Assembly: GCF_039542345.1 (NCBI RefSeq)
Contig: NZ_BAABHY010000006.1
Coordinates: forward strand, 28,292 to 92,291
DNA length: 64,000 nt
DNA from: Orbus sasakiae
GTDB lineage: Bacteria; Pseudomonadota; Gammaproteobacteria; Enterobacterales; Orbaceae
Direction of reading: 5' to 3'
The position numbers and the translations under genes are program-made. Shown piece after piece: positions 47,809 through 59,678 of this stretch. The notes beneath the pieces are model-generated. The model saw nothing but the letters and a program-made list of their open reading frames with translations. It searched no databases and had not been told where the DNA came from. The number at the start of each line of letters is the position of its first letter. Position 1 is the stretch's first letter.

Positions 47809-48942
47809 CTAATGAGTGAGCTCACGCAGTAACATAAAGGCTTGTGGGGTCTGTTCTTCACTGGTGATGAAAGCGCGTAGCTGCTTAAGTGGATCAAATC
47901 CTTTCGCCACCATTCCATCCGGGTTTAACGTAATTTGCCATTGGAGATCATGACGATGCGTTTCCCCTGCTAAAAACAGCGGTAGGTCGGGGGTTTTTAC
48001 TTTAACTAACATTGCTGGTAGTGTTAAGGTTTCTGTCGCACCCAATACATTTTTAGCCAAAACAATCGCACCAAGTTGGATCGGTTGTAAAAATGATTGC
48101 ACCTTACCCATCACTTCAGCACAATCACCTAAGGCATAGATATTGGCATCTGTAGTTTGTAATTGCGGATTAACCTCTATGCCACGATGGGTCGATAATC
48201 CAGCCGCTTTTGCCAAGGAAATATTGGGTTTTAGGCCTATGGCTGAAATGACGGCATCAACATCCGTCACCCAACCATTACGCAGTGTGGCTTTTAACCC
48301 TGTCACGGTTTTTTGCAGGTCGAGTAATTCATTATTCAGTGCTAGCTCGATCCCGATTTGGCTGAATTTTTCAGATAAGCGGCTGCTGAGCTCGGCTGGC
48401 ATCAACAGTGACAAAATGTGGTGGGCACGATCGACTAATATCACGTGTTTTCCTGAACGTTGCAAATCCATGGCTAATTCACTACCGATTAAGCCTGCCC
48501 CAAGCACCATAACGCGTTTGGCGGACTGCAATGTTTCTTGATGGCGTTGATACTCCTCTTGGCTATTGAGCGTTATCATTAAATCGTTTTCCGGTATAAC
48601 GGGAATCATGGGGGTTGCACCAGTGGCAATCACTAATTTTTGGTATCCGATAGACTGTTTGTCACAAATAAGCTGCTTCGTTTGGCGATCTATCGCCATC
48701 ACGTGAGTATTGGCGTAGACGTGTACGTCATGCTCTTGGGCAAATTGGGCAACAGTTTGCCGAGTTAAATCTTCAGCGCGTTGTTTTAAGCTAAAAACAT
48801 GGCTTAAATCAGGCTTATTGTATTCAGCGCAGCTATCTGCAGCGACTAATGTTATCGGCACTGCTTTATCGAGTCGACGCAGGCTTTTAACCAGTTGGCG
48901 GGCCGCGAAGCCAGATCCAATGATGACAATATGATTTTCCAT
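47809..48942 (-). CDS. norW: NADH:flavorubredoxin reductase NorW
   Basis: 'IVIIGSGFAARQLVKSLRRLD...LVAADS..EYNKPDLSHV...' aligns with E. coli NorW. True start at the internal ATG (377 aa); the track ORF is over-extended. Confidence 0.9.
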   Translation of the reverse strand: MENHIVIIGSGFAARQLVKSLRRLDKAVPITLVAADSCAEYNKPDLSHVFSLKQRAEDLTRQTVAQFAQEHDVHVYANTHVMAIDRQTKQLICDKQSIGYQKLVIATGATPMIPVIPENDLMITLNSQEEYQRHQETLQSAKRVMVLGAGLIGSELAMDLQRSGKHVILVDRAHHILSLLMPAELSSRLSEKFSQIGIELALNNELLDLQKTVTGLKATLRNGWVTDVDAVISAIGLKPNISLAKAAGLSTHRGIEVNPQLQTTDANIYALGDCAEVMGKVQSFLQPIQLGAIVLAKNVLGATETLTLPAMLVKVKTPDLPLFLAGETHRHDLQWQITLNPDGMVAKGFDPLKQLRAFITSEEQTPQAFMLLRELTH

Positions 48943-48952
48943 GTGTCCTCCA

Positions 48953-50377
48953 TTACATTGGGTCAAAGACTGATTTACCCAATGCACATCCCGGGCAAAG
49001 AAATGAATCAGGCACATCTGACCATGCCGTACCCGGCGCAACATTTTGTAATGGTTCACCCAGTGCCGGATCATAAACCCATTGGCAAACATTACAGATC
49101 ATCGATTGACTTTGGGTCTCTGTTGCGCCTGTTGTCGGTTTGTCATTGATTGTTACCGGTATGGTTGGTGTGGTTAATGGGTGCAGTGCCCATTCGCGTG
49201 CAATTTTGCGGCCATGTTCGCGGCAGTCTGCTAACGCGTCACCGTCAGGGCGCCACTTTGCTTTAAGGGAAAGTGAAATATCAAATCCGGCATCCATTAA
49301 ACGCGTTTGGATACGATCGACTGCTCCACCCGTCCAACCAAAGCTACCAAAAGCAGAGGCTCTTTTATTACGAAAACGCAGCCCAGTCAGTTCTTCCAGC
49401 ATTCCAGCAATTTTTGGCATCATCACATTATTCATGGTAGATGAGCCGACAAGTACCCCTTTTGAACGAAATATCTGTGTTAAGATTTCATTTTTATCAT
49501 GACGTGAAATATTGTAAATCTTGACCGCCACCGCCGGGTCAGTATCGTGAATCCCTTGTGCTATAGCATCAGCCATCATTCGCGTGTTGGATGACATGCT
49601 ATCGTAAAAGATAGTAATGCGGTCTTCTTGGTAATCATTTGCCCATTCTAGATATTTCTCAACGATTTGGGTTGGGTTATCTCGCCATACAATGCCATGT
49701 GATGTGGCAATCATTGAGACCGGTAAGTTAAAACCGAGAATTTCATTAATCTTTGGTGTAACCAAACGACTAAATGGCGTTAAAATATTGGCATAATAGC
49801 GAATACATTGTTCATAAAGCTCAGTTTGATCCACTTCGTCATTAAACAGGTGTTCATCGCAGTAGTGTTGCCCAAAAGCATCATTACTAAATAGTACGGC
49901 ATCTTGTGTCATATAGGTCATCATGCTATCGGGCCAGTGTAACATTGGCGTTTCGACAAAAATAAGCTGTTTACCGTTGCCAATATCTAACGTATCGCCG
50001 GTTTTGACGGTGATAAAATGCCACTCAGGATGGTGATGATGGCCATTGATTGAATCAATCGCGTTTGCGGTACAGTAAATAGGGGTATTAGGGATACGAG
50101 CCATTAATTCACTTAATGCTCCCGCATGATCTTCCTCAGCATGATTGATAATGATGTAATCAATCGTGTTAAGGTCAATCTCTTGTTCTAAATTCACAAT
50201 AAAGTCTCGACTGAATTTTTTGTCTACAGTATCAATCAGGACATTTTTTGCTTCACGAATCAGATAGCTGTTATAGCTACTTCCTTGCAGGGTTTTATAT
50301 TCTGTACCATGAAAATCGCGAACTTCCCAATCGCGTTGTCCTACCCAACGAATATTATTTTTAACATGAATTGCCAT
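48953..50377 (-). CDS. norV: Anaerobic nitric oxide reductase flavorubredoxin NorV
   Basis: Near-identical to E. coli NorV along its length ('[34 protein letters not shown]', rubredoxin '[10 protein letters not shown]...CPGC'). Confidence 0.95.
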   Translation of the reverse strand: MAIHVKNNIRWVGQRDWEVRDFHGTEYKTLQGSSYNSYLIREAKNVLIDTVDKKFSRDFIVNLEQEIDLNTIDYIIINHAEEDHAGALSELMARIPNTPIYCTANAIDSINGHHHHPEWHFITVKTGDTLDIGNGKQLIFVETPMLHWPDSMMTYMTQDAVLFSNDAFGQHYCDEHLFNDEVDQTELYEQCIRYYANILTPFSRLVTPKINEILGFNLPVSMIATSHGIVWRDNPTQIVEKYLEWANDYQEDRITIFYDSMSSNTRMMADAIAQGIHDTDPAVAVKIYNISRHDKNEILTQIFRSKGVLVGSSTMNNVMMPKIAGMLEELTGLRFRNKRASAFGSFGWTGGAVDRIQTRLMDAGFDISLSLKAKWRPDGDALADCREHGRKIAREWALHPLTTPTIPVTINDKPTTGATETQSQSMICNVCQWVYDPALGEPLQNVAPGTAWSDVPDSFLCPGCALGKSVFDPM

Positions 50378-50421
50378 TGTTGTTCCCTCAATTGAAATAA
50401 AATGATAACGTTAATGTGTTA

Positions 50422-50438
50422 TAGCAAACACCATGCCA
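50422..50438 (-). promoter_or_regulatory. Sigma54 promoter of norVW (TGGCATG-N4-TTGCT on the minus strand)
   Basis: Seen as tatagcaaacaccatgcca on the plus strand. Confidence 0.6.
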
Positions 50439-50480
50439 ATACTTAATGCTTTGATTTTAAATAAAATAAAAAATAATATT

Positions 50481-50536
50481 GTCATTTTGACAATGTGCTA
50501 TAATTGTCAAAATGACTAACAGTGTGTCGAAATGAC
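50481..50536. promoter_or_regulatory. Three NorR binding sites (GT-N7-AC) in the norR-norV intergenic region
   Basis: GTcattttgAC (50481), GTcaaaatgAC (50506), GTcgaaatgAC (50526). Confidence 0.65.
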
Positions 50537-50541
50537 AATAT

Positions 50542-52095
50542 ATGAAACTTTCAATCCAATCCTTGGCCAACATTGCTATTGAGTTACAACATGGCGTATC
50601 AGGGCGTGACCGCTTTCAACGTTTAATCAGTAGTGTTAGGCAGCTATTACAGTGTGATGCTTCAGCTTTACTGCGTTATGAAAATCAACAATTTCGTCCA
50701 TTGGCGATCGATGGTTTGTCACCCGATGTGTTAGGACGACGATTCGCATTATCATCTCACCCACGATTAGAGGCGATTGCGCGGGCTGGCAATGTCGTGC
50801 GTTTTCCTGCAGACAGCCTGTTACCCGATCCCTATGATGGGTTAATTCCCGGTCATGATGAACTTAAAGTGCATGCTTGTATTGGACTACCGCTGTTTGC
50901 TGATCAAGAGTTGATTGGGGCATTGACATTCGATAGCCTGAATCCGGCCCAGTTTGATGTGTTTAGCGATGAAGAGTTACGTTTAATTGGTGCCTTAGCA
51001 TCATCAGCATTGAATACAGCATTGTTAGTGTCAATGTTAGAGAAAGACGCGTTACCAACCTATGATCGCATTGTGCCAAGAAAACGCAGTGTGTCACGTG
51101 CTAACGAAGAGATGGTCGGACTTTCCGCATCAATAAAACAGCTTCAACATGAAATTGACGTGGTTGCCAGCTCAGACCTTAATGTGCTTATCACCGGTGA
51201 AACGGGCGTCGGTAAAGAGTTAGTTGCCAATGCGATACACCAATTATCACCTCGCGCAGACAAGCCAATGGTATATTTAAACTGCGCCGCATTACCCGAA
51301 AGTGTTGCTGAAAGTGAACTGTTTGGCCATGTAAAAGGGGCCTTCACCGGGGCCATACATAATCGAACCGGTAAGTTTGAGATGGCAGATAACGGCACGC
51401 TATTTTTAGATGAGATAGGCGAGCTGTCATTAATTCTGCAAGCAAAGTTATTACGGGTGATTCAATATGGTGATTTACAACGTGTCGGCGAAGACAGTAC
51501 CAAACGTGTTAATGTCCGAATTTTAGCCGCGACAAATCGTGATTTAAAGCAAGCAACGGTTGAGGGGCATTTCCGAATTGATTTATTTCATCGTTTAAGT
51601 GTGTTTCCGTTACATGTGCCGGCTTTAAGGGAAAGAAAAGGGGACATTATTTTGCTTGCTGGTTTTTTTGTGGAACAGATAAAAAATAAACTTAACGTGT
51701 CTCAGATAAGTCTTCCTACTGAAACGCTCACACTGCTTGAAACCTATTCTTGGCCTGGTAATGTCCGTGAAATGAAACATGCTATTGAAAGGGCTGCGGT
51801 GTTGGCGCGTGCGGCACAAAATCAAAATGAACTTATCTTGTATCATTATTTATTTCATTTACCGTTATCAGATGTTGCATCACACATTGAGCCTGAAAAT
51901 CGCCATAAAGTTGGGACTGTTGGCGTCGCTAATTCATCTTCATGTAATCTACGCCAAGCTACCGAGCACCTGCAACGGCAAATGATTCGCAAAGCCCTTG
52001 ATGAAAATAAGATGAATTGGTCAGCAAGTGCACGGACTTTAGATCTTGATGTCGGCAATTTACATCGGTTAGCAAAGCGCTTAGGGCTGAAATGA
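50542..52095 (+). CDS. norR: Sigma54-dependent NO-responsive activator NorR (GAF plus AAA+ plus HTH)
   Basis: 517 aa. 'GETGVGKE', 'GAFTGA' motifs. Divergent from norVW. Confidence 0.9.
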   Translation: MKLSIQSLANIAIELQHGVSGRDRFQRLISSVRQLLQCDASALLRYENQQFRPLAIDGLSPDVLGRRFALSSHPRLEAIARAGNVVRFPADSLLPDPYDGLIPGHDELKVHACIGLPLFADQELIGALTFDSLNPAQFDVFSDEELRLIGALASSALNTALLVSMLEKDALPTYDRIVPRKRSVSRANEEMVGLSASIKQLQHEIDVVASSDLNVLITGETGVGKELVANAIHQLSPRADKPMVYLNCAALPESVAESELFGHVKGAFTGAIHNRTGKFEMADNGTLFLDEIGELSLILQAKLLRVIQYGDLQRVGEDSTKRVNVRILAATNRDLKQATVEGHFRIDLFHRLSVFPLHVPALRERKGDIILLAGFFVEQIKNKLNVSQISLPTETLTLLETYSWPGNVREMKHAIERAAVLARAAQNQNELILYHYLFHLPLSDVASHIEPENRHKVGTVGVANSSSCNLRQATEHLQRQMIRKALDENKMNWSASARTLDLDVGNLHRLAKRLGLK

Positions 52096-52205
52096 TTTAA
52101 TAAATGGTCTATTGAGGGTGCCTTGATAACCGTCACCAAGCATGACTGTTATCACCGGTCTTGGCCTTTTTAGCGCGTCTTAGTAAAGGCGTCACTTGTG
52201 ATTTA

Positions 52206-53006
52206 TTATGACGTATTTTTACGCATATTCACTGCACTTGCATTGTGACGATAGTAATCAGGTGTAACGCCTGCAATCTGTTTGAACATCGTGATAAAGG
52301 CCGATACGGAGCTATAGCCAACATCAAAAGCAATATTTTGCACTGTTTTGCCTTGTTCAAGTAATGACACGCTATATAAAAATCGTAAACGCTGACGCCA
52401 TTGACTAAATGATAAGCCCAATTCGGTTTGACAGCGGCGTGCTAGGGTACGTTCTGTGGTGTAAACCTTGTCAGCCCATTGGGCAAGGGTTGAATTATCC
52501 GCTGGGTTGCGTTCAAGGGCTTTTAAAATCGGTGCTAAGTACTTATCTTGACTGCTTGGCAAATAAGTGTGTTGCCATGGTTCACTCAATAGCTGATCAA
52601 TCAGCACCTGACAAAGTCGTAAGTCCTCAGGTGATTGTGGAACTTTTAATTTTCGATTAAAAAATGAATCAATAATCGCATGACTAATCGCACTTAAACT
52701 CAGTAAACACGCTTGCTGTGGCATCATTTGGCACTGGTTAATATTAATTGAGCGAAACCAAGTGGGTTTATGGTTATGGCTCGAGTGAGCAATATTGGGG
52801 GGGATCCATAAAGCAAACCCAGAAGGGGTTAAAAAACGTTGCTGAGCCACATCAAGGACAAAAATGCCCGATTTGACGCAAATAATTTGCCCCCAAGGGT
52901 GGCTGTGTGGCAAATATTCCGTATTCGCATTGACCGCTTCACTACGGAAAAACAGCAAACTTTCAGGGTAAGCTTCTAATGATGCATGGCGGAGTTCTTG
53001 AGGCAT
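52206..53006 (-). CDS. AraC-family transcriptional regulator (cupin plus HTH)
   Basis: The C-terminus carries two AraC-type HTH units. Confidence 0.8.
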   Translation of the reverse strand: MPQELRHASLEAYPESLLFFRSEAVNANTEYLPHSHPWGQIICVKSGIFVLDVAQQRFLTPSGFALWIPPNIAHSSHNHKPTWFRSININQCQMMPQQACLLSLSAISHAIIDSFFNRKLKVPQSPEDLRLCQVLIDQLLSEPWQHTYLPSSQDKYLAPILKALERNPADNSTLAQWADKVYTTERTLARRCQTELGLSFSQWRQRLRFLYSVSLLEQGKTVQNIAFDVGYSSVSAFITMFKQIAGVTPDYYRHNASAVNMRKNTS

Positions 53007-53132
53007 TGTCGGGACTTTCGTTAAGTAAGATTGTCTGATTATAGTACATTTTGTCTGATTTTAGTGATATATATTAAATGAGACAGGCTATACTAGCGAT
53101 AATTTATTTTTGCTATGGGTTCGAGACACAGT

Positions 53133-54038
53133 ATGGCGTATTTATATCCGTTAATCGCAGTCATTATTTGGGCAGGCAATGCCGTTGTCAATAAGTTGTC
53201 AGCAGGTGCAATCGATCCTGCGGTGATTTCTTTGTACCGTTGGTTGCTGGCCCTGTTATTGCTAACGCCATTTGTTTTAAAAGGGGTTATTGCTAATCGT
53301 CAGCAAATTTACCCTTATTTAGCCAAATTGGCGTTGTTGGGATTACTTGGCATGGCACTGTATCAAAGTTTGGCTTATTACGCCGCTTACAGTATCAGTG
53401 CATTGACCATCGGCATTTTTATTTCAGTTATTCCCCTTTTAACGATTTTGTTGAGTCTTTTTATTTTACGGGTACCGCCTACATTAGGGGTGTTAATTGG
53501 TAGCCTATTATCGTTTATGGGGTTGGTATGGCTTATCAGTGGTGGCCACCCAATTAAATTACTTGAAATTGGTGTGGGTCAAGGTGAGCTGATGATGTTT
53601 ACCGCTGCGCTCTCTTATGCATTATACGGTGTTCTGACGAAAAAATGGGTCATGCCGATTCCTAGTTGGCAGGCCATTTATGTGCAAATTACGTTTGGGT
53701 GTTTAATTCTTTTACCTGGTTTTTTAATGGCCGATGATATTAGCTTAAATTCACATAATATTTGGTTGGTTCTTTATGCTGGTATTCCTGCTTCGGTGAT
53801 AGCGCCCATCGTCTGGGTATTAGGGGTTTTAAAGCTCGGCGCAAATAAAGCATCACTTTTTTTAAATTTATCGCCCGTATTTACGGCAGTGATTTCAATA
53901 TTACTGCTCAATGAACAGTTATGCAGTTACCACATTATTGGTGGTGGCGTGTCGTTATTTGGGGTGATTTTAGCGCAAAATTTAAAATACCCATTGGGCC
54001 GAAAACGTGCAGTGATTGCCGATGTTCAGCCTAAATAG
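53133..54038 (+). CDS. DMT-superfamily (EamA) transporter
   Basis: 10-TM pattern with two EamA repeats. Confidence 0.75.
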   Translation: MAYLYPLIAVIIWAGNAVVNKLSAGAIDPAVISLYRWLLALLLLTPFVLKGVIANRQQIYPYLAKLALLGLLGMALYQSLAYYAAYSISALTIGIFISVIPLLTILLSLFILRVPPTLGVLIGSLLSFMGLVWLISGGHPIKLLEIGVGQGELMMFTAALSYALYGVLTKKWVMPIPSWQAIYVQITFGCLILLPGFLMADDISLNSHNIWLVLYAGIPASVIAPIVWVLGVLKLGANKASLFLNLSPVFTAVISILLLNEQLCSYHIIGGGVSLFGVILAQNLKYPLGRKRAVIADVQPK

Positions 54039-54070
54039 GCTCGTGTCATTAAGTCTAACAGTATGACACA

Positions 54071-54970
54071 TTAAGTAGAATACCGTTTTAAACTATCAAT
54101 CACCACACGCAGTGCAGATGACACATTGCGATGTGGGTAGTAGAGGTGTAAGGCGGGTAAAGGCGGAATTTTTTCCTGAAAAATGGCAATAAGCTGATCA
54201 CGTTCAAGTTCATGGGTAATCAAGTCAATCGGTAAATAGCCAATGCCTAAGCCCAATTTTACTGCTGTCAACGTTGGGTAATCATCATTAAATATCCATT
54301 GCCCCTGAGGTTTAATCTTTATGATGGTATCGTTATCATTAAAATGCCATTGGAATATTTGGCCATTGGTCAGCCGATAACAAATGCATTGATGCTGGGT
54401 CAACTCACTGATATTAGTGGGGATGCCATACCTGTCAAAATAGCTTGCTGATGCAACGACGGCCATTTTCATGGGGTCACTAATTGGTATGGCCACCATA
54501 CCGTCAGCCACATCACTACCAAAACGAATGCCAGCATCAAACCCATCATGAATAATATCGACAAAACGGTTTTCGCTGATGAGTTCTAACTGAATATCGG
54601 GATATTGCAGTTTGAAATGGGCGAGTTTAGGTAGCAGTAAGGTTTCAATCACTTGTAAGCCGCAGTTAATTTTGACGGAACCAGACGGGGAATTTCGATG
54701 GTGTTCAAGTAATGTCAATTCATTATCAAGCTTGCTAAAACTGATTTGTACAGTACGCAACAGCTGTTCCCCAGCTTGTGTTAGCGCCACTTTGCGAGTG
54801 GTTCGATTAAAAAGTTGGATGCCCAGTTGCCGCTCTAATGCATGAATTTTTTTGCTTAATGCAGGGGAGGAGATACCGATTTTTTGGGACGCTTTATTAA
54901 AACTCTTTTCGAGTGCAACTTGTAAAAAGGCATATAAGTCATTGTAATTGGTATTTTTAAACATGGTCAA
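54071..54970 (-). CDS. LysR-family transcriptional regulator
   Basis: N-terminal HTH 'ASQKIGISSPALSKKIHALERQLGIQLFNRTTRKVALT'. Confidence 0.85.
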   Translation of the reverse strand: MTMFKNTNYNDLYAFLQVALEKSFNKASQKIGISSPALSKKIHALERQLGIQLFNRTTRKVALTQAGEQLLRTVQISFSKLDNELTLLEHHRNSPSGSVKINCGLQVIETLLLPKLAHFKLQYPDIQLELISENRFVDIIHDGFDAGIRFGSDVADGMVAIPISDPMKMAVVASASYFDRYGIPTNISELTQHQCICYRLTNGQIFQWHFNDNDTIIKIKPQGQWIFNDDYPTLTAVKLGLGIGYLPIDLITHELERDQLIAIFQEKIPPLPALHLYYPHRNVSSALRVVIDSLKRYST

Positions 54971-55146
54971 ACCTCACTAATAAGAGCGCCTAAATATGAT
55001 ATCTGTCCAGTTAATCGAAAAAACGGAGTAATATCATTATTAACTTGTAGTTAATAGTAAATGAACCTTTCACTATCTTATCATCCAATTGTTAACCTAT
55101 ATAATGTTTTATCTCAGTCTGGCAATCAATAGAATTTAACAAAGGC

Positions 55147-56241
55147 ATGACAATGAAATTAAAAACCCTGACCTATGCGTTATTACTCAGTTCAACTTTA
55201 TTTGGAGCAACAACTATGGCAAATGAGCGATCGGCAACCGTCATTCAAATTCCAGCACAAACAATTCAATTAGAACAATCATGGGACAAAATTTTTCCAC
55301 AAAGTGATAACGTCGAGCACCGTAAGGTCACCTTTAAAAATCGTTATGGCATCACATTAGTGGGTGATTTGTATATGCCCAAAGGAGCACAAGGTAAATT
55401 ATCTGCCATCGCTGTAAGTGGTCCATTTGGTGCAGTAAAAGAGCAATCATCAGGTTTGTATGCACAAACGTTAGCTGAACGTGGTTTTGTGACACTGGCT
55501 TTTGATCCGTCTTTTACAGGGGAAAGTAGTGGTTTACCGCGTAATCAAGCTTCATCTGATATTAATACGGAAGATTTTAGCGCGGCAGTCGATTTTTTAG
55601 GTTCACTCGATAACGTTGATCGTGACAAAATTGGTATTTTAGGCGTGTGTGGTTGGGGCGGGATGGCGTTAAATGCCGCGGCGATTGATACTCGCATTAA
55701 AGCGGTTGCCACAAGCGTAATGTATGACATGAGCCGTGTTGTTTCAAAAGGCTATAATGACAGTATGACGAAAGACGAGCGCGTTGCAATGAAACAAGCC
55801 TTAAACCAAGCGCGTTGGGATGACATGAAAAATGATTATGCCACTTTGAGTCCACGTAATAATTTGACCTCGGATCACATTACGGCTGATACACCAAAAT
55901 TTATTGCTGATTATTCTCAATTTTATACCACTAAACGAGGCTTTCACCCGCGAGCGGCTAATTCAAATCCGAACGGTTCTTGGGTGGTGACGATGCCGCT
56001 TTCATTTGCGAATATGCCATTATTAAGTTATGCCAATGAAATCACAGCACCAACGTTGATTGTCGCAGGTGAAGTGGCACACTCTCGTTATTTTTCAGAA
56101 GATGCCTTTAAGGCGGTTGGTAGCAAAAATAAACAACTGCTTATTGTACCGAATGCGAGTCACACTGACTTGTATGACAATACAACGCATAAAATCCCAT
56201 TTGATCAGTTTACGCAATTTTTTAAAACTCACTTACAATAA
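55147..56241 (+). CDS. Secreted alpha/beta-hydrolase (dienelactone hydrolase-like)
   Basis: Signal peptide. Nucleophile elbow 'GVCGWGG'. Confidence 0.65.
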   Translation: MTMKLKTLTYALLLSSTLFGATTMANERSATVIQIPAQTIQLEQSWDKIFPQSDNVEHRKVTFKNRYGITLVGDLYMPKGAQGKLSAIAVSGPFGAVKEQSSGLYAQTLAERGFVTLAFDPSFTGESSGLPRNQASSDINTEDFSAAVDFLGSLDNVDRDKIGILGVCGWGGMALNAAAIDTRIKAVATSVMYDMSRVVSKGYNDSMTKDERVAMKQALNQARWDDMKNDYATLSPRNNLTSDHITADTPKFIADYSQFYTTKRGFHPRAANSNPNGSWVVTMPLSFANMPLLSYANEITAPTLIVAGEVAHSRYFSEDAFKAVGSKNKQLLIVPNASHTDLYDNTTHKIPFDQFTQFFKTHLQ

Positions 56242-56668
56242 ATAAGTCATATCTCACGTGATGAGGCTCGTTTGGGCTTCATCACATTATGATAAGAGCC
56301 CCATCTCAATACTTTTTCTATCGTGGCTAGGCTATCTCTCCGCTTTGCTGACGGGATAATTAGCGCTTTCCCCCATTTTTAATGATAGGCAATTTGCACA
56401 TAAATGGTGATATTTTACTCATTTTGCACCATCGAGGTTCATTCAATTGTGCATCATTGAACCATCATGTATCATATCGATTATTAAAAATTTTATATGC
56501 TTTATAAATCAGATAATTAAATTTTTTTTAAGTTAAAGCCTAAATTGGCACTATTATTGCAATAATTCTTATTATCAAAAATTATCAGCAATGATTACCA
56601 AAATTAGGTAATAACGTGATATAAGAAAGAACTGATGTTTTTTTATAACTCAATTTTGGGAACGAATT

Positions 56669-58036
56669 ATGCAGTATGATCGTATTATTAAAAATGGTGT
56701 TGTTATTTTAGAATCGGGCGATGTTCAGACTGATATTGCTATCAAAAACGGCAAAATTGCCGCGATTGGACCGAACCTTAATGGTGCAAATGAAATCATC
56801 GATGCTAAGGGCTATATTGTCAGCCCTGGTATGGTTGATGTGCATGTTCATATTTCTGAACCAGGCGGTATTCGCGCTGAATGGGAAGGTTATAAAACCG
56901 GTACGAGTGCCTGTGCTAAAGGTGGTGTGACCACGTTTGTTGAAATGCCACTTAACCAATTACCGGCAACAACAAGTGGCGAAACAATTCGTCAAAAGTA
57001 TGCAGCCGGTGAAGGTAAATTACATGTCGATGTGGCATCGTTCGGTGGGCTGGTACCCTATAACTTAACCAGTGGTGCCATTGAAGAGCAAGCCAAAGAA
57101 GGTGTCACCGCATTTAAATGTTTCATGGGAACCTGCGGCGATCCAACATTGGATGGTGACTTCGCGAATGTGAACGATTATGCTTTATGGGAAGGGATGC
57201 GTCAAATTGCCAAAACAGGCAAATTACTGGCGATTCATGCCGAAAATGCACCCATTACCGATATGCTAGGTAAACTGGCTAAAGAACGTGGTGAAACCAA
57301 AGTTTCCCAATATGTGGCAACGCGTCCTGTATTTACAGAAGTTGAAGCCATTCGCCGCGCTATCTTTTTTGCTAAGCTCACCGGATGCCGTATTCATATT
57401 TGCCATGTCGCGTGTCCAGAAGGGGTTGAAGAAGTCATCAAAGCGCGTAATGAAGGCGTTGATGTCACCTGTGAAACGTGTATTCATTATCTGTATTTTA
57501 CCACGGATGAATTAGATGCAATCGGCCCATTAGCGAAATGTTCTCCGCCGATTCGTGATAAAAGTGCACAAGATGGTTTATGGAAATACTTATTCTCCGG
57601 TCATGTGATTACGGCGGTTTCTGACCATTCGCCTTGTACGTTTGACTTAAAAGATAAACCCAATGCATTTGACGCATGGGGCGGGATTGCCGGTGTACAA
57701 AATAATGTGGATATCTTTTTTGATGAAGCGGTTCAAAAACGCGGAATGTCATTAAAAATGTTTGCAGATATTATTGCTAAAAATCCTGCTGAACGTTTTA
57801 ATTTACCAACAAAAGGGTCTATTACGGTTGGTAAAGACGCTGATCTAATTTTCATTAAACCACATTCACATTATGTCTTAAAGACAGACGATCTTGAATA
57901 TCGAAATAAATTTAGTGCGTATGTTGGGCGTGATATTGGCGCGCAGGTTGTACGGACTTTTTTACGTGGCGAAACGGTGTATAGCTTAGAAAGCGGTGTT
58001 GTTCAATCACCGATAGGTCAGTTTATTCGTCGCTAA
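56669..58036 (+). CDS. allB: Allantoinase (cyclic amidohydrolase)
   Basis: 'GMVDVHVHISEPG', 'EMPLNQLPAT', 'SRPVFTEVEAIRR', 'CHV..PEGVEEV', 'LAKCSPPIRD', 'SDHSPC', 'FDEAVQKRGMSL' match E. coli AllB. Confidence 0.8.
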   Translation: MQYDRIIKNGVVILESGDVQTDIAIKNGKIAAIGPNLNGANEIIDAKGYIVSPGMVDVHVHISEPGGIRAEWEGYKTGTSACAKGGVTTFVEMPLNQLPATTSGETIRQKYAAGEGKLHVDVASFGGLVPYNLTSGAIEEQAKEGVTAFKCFMGTCGDPTLDGDFANVNDYALWEGMRQIAKTGKLLAIHAENAPITDMLGKLAKERGETKVSQYVATRPVFTEVEAIRRAIFFAKLTGCRIHICHVACPEGVEEVIKARNEGVDVTCETCIHYLYFTTDELDAIGPLAKCSPPIRDKSAQDGLWKYLFSGHVITAVSDHSPCTFDLKDKPNAFDAWGGIAGVQNNVDIFFDEAVQKRGMSLKMFADIIAKNPAERFNLPTKGSITVGKDADLIFIKPHSHYVLKTDDLEYRNKFSAYVGRDIGAQVVRTFLRGETVYSLESGVVQSPIGQFIRR

Positions 58037-58160
58037 ATAGGCGGTTATGCCAAGCATTTTGCAGTAGGAGCGTTAAGCAAATCATCTATTGTTTAACACT
58101 GCTTAATGCTTGAATCACGCATATCCGCTTTCATCATTTGTTTAATTTAGGAAAAGAGTT

Positions 58161-59555
58161 ATGACAAATAACAATAATACTAGCCGTGCTCAAGTTGAGA
58201 CGTTAAAAATCGATGAATCGTTAGTCCCAAAGACGCAAGCACAGCGGACGGTGAGTCCCATTGCTTACGCGTTTATGTGGATTGGTGATGGGGTCAATCT
58301 TGGTAATATGACGTTAGGTGCCAGTTTAGTGGTTGCCGGACTTGCTACGATGAATATCATCCAAACGTTTGTGGCGGCAATTATTGCGATTTTAATTATC
58401 TCTATCGTCTTTACGTTAAATGATCGCTTAGGCTATCGAACCGGTATTCCTTATGTTGTTCAATTAAGAATGTCATTTGGTATTAAAGGGTCCGTTATTT
58501 CATCCTTATTGCGAGGCATCCCCGGTATCGTTTGGTATGGTTTTCAAAGCTGGATCGGTGGTACGGCATTAAATGAAATCATTAAAGTCTTATCGGGTGG
58601 TGCATTTGATAATATTTTTGTCTGTTTCGTGATTTTACAATTTGTACAAATTGCGCTTTCACTTTATGGTTTCCATGCGGTTAAGTGGGTTGAAATTCTG
58701 ATCTCAATTGTCATTTTATTGGCACTGATTTACGTATTTGCGATTTTATTAATGAACCATAAAGAAGTCATTGCCCAAAAATGGGTACGCACTGAAGGCA
58801 CATGGGGCCTACCATTCTTTGGATTTATTATGATATTTTTAGGTAACTATGCCGCGATTTTCTTAAGTGCAGCGGATTATTCACGTGAACTTAAATCAGG
58901 CATCAGCAATCGTAAAAGAGGACTGCTTTATTTTGTGCCGATTGTTATTGCTTACGGTTTCGTTCTGACTATTGGTGCCATGTTAGCGTCTGCAACCGGT
59001 AATTCAAATCCTGTAAAAGCGTTTGCGATCGTGGTTGAGAATGACTATATCACGGTTGCCGTATCGGCATTTATCGTATTAGGCGCAATTGCGGTGAACA
59101 TGGTTGCAAACATTATTCCGCCAGCTTATGTGATAACGTTATTAACCAAAGTCAAATATAAGCCCGCTGTCACCATCACTGGGTTATTAGCCATCGCCTC
59201 TTTCCCTTGGGTGTTAGTGCAAGACTCATCAGCTAAAGGATTGGGTTTATTTATTCTCATCTATTCTGCTTTTTTAGGGCCGATTGTTGCCATTTTATTA
59301 GTCGAATATTACATTTTGCGTAAACAGATAGTGGATGTAATGGAGTTATATAATGAAAAAGGACAGTTTACTGGTTTTAATAAAGCCGCCATTATTGCCA
59401 TGCTAATTGGTGCGGGCGCCGCATTTTGTGAAGTGAGCTTATCTTGGGTTATTGGCTTTTTTGTGGGTGGCATTAGCTACCTGATTTTAACGAAATATGC
59501 TTTTAAAGATTCGCCTTTCCGTAAAGGCACGATATTTGATACCAAGTCAAAATAG
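58161..59555 (+). CDS. NCS1-family nucleobase/allantoin:cation symporter
   Basis: 464 aa, 12 TM. Adjacent to the allantoinase gene. Confidence 0.75.
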   Translation: MTNNNNTSRAQVETLKIDESLVPKTQAQRTVSPIAYAFMWIGDGVNLGNMTLGASLVVAGLATMNIIQTFVAAIIAILIISIVFTLNDRLGYRTGIPYVVQLRMSFGIKGSVISSLLRGIPGIVWYGFQSWIGGTALNEIIKVLSGGAFDNIFVCFVILQFVQIALSLYGFHAVKWVEILISIVILLALIYVFAILLMNHKEVIAQKWVRTEGTWGLPFFGFIMIFLGNYAAIFLSAADYSRELKSGISNRKRGLLYFVPIVIAYGFVLTIGAMLASATGNSNPVKAFAIVVENDYITVAVSAFIVLGAIAVNMVANIIPPAYVITLLTKVKYKPAVTITGLLAIASFPWVLVQDSSAKGLGLFILIYSAFLGPIVAILLVEYYILRKQIVDVMELYNEKGQFTGFNKAAIIAMLIGAGAAFCEVSLSWVIGFFVGGISYLILTKYAFKDSPFRKGTIFDTKSK

Positions 59556-59678
59556 TTTTAATTGACTGCTATAAATCAATTTTATTGAAACAGAGTACCT
59601 ATTTAGCGTCATTAATGGGTACTCATTCACTAAGATTACTATGATTAATCTATTATTTGTTTAAGATTGAGAATATAA

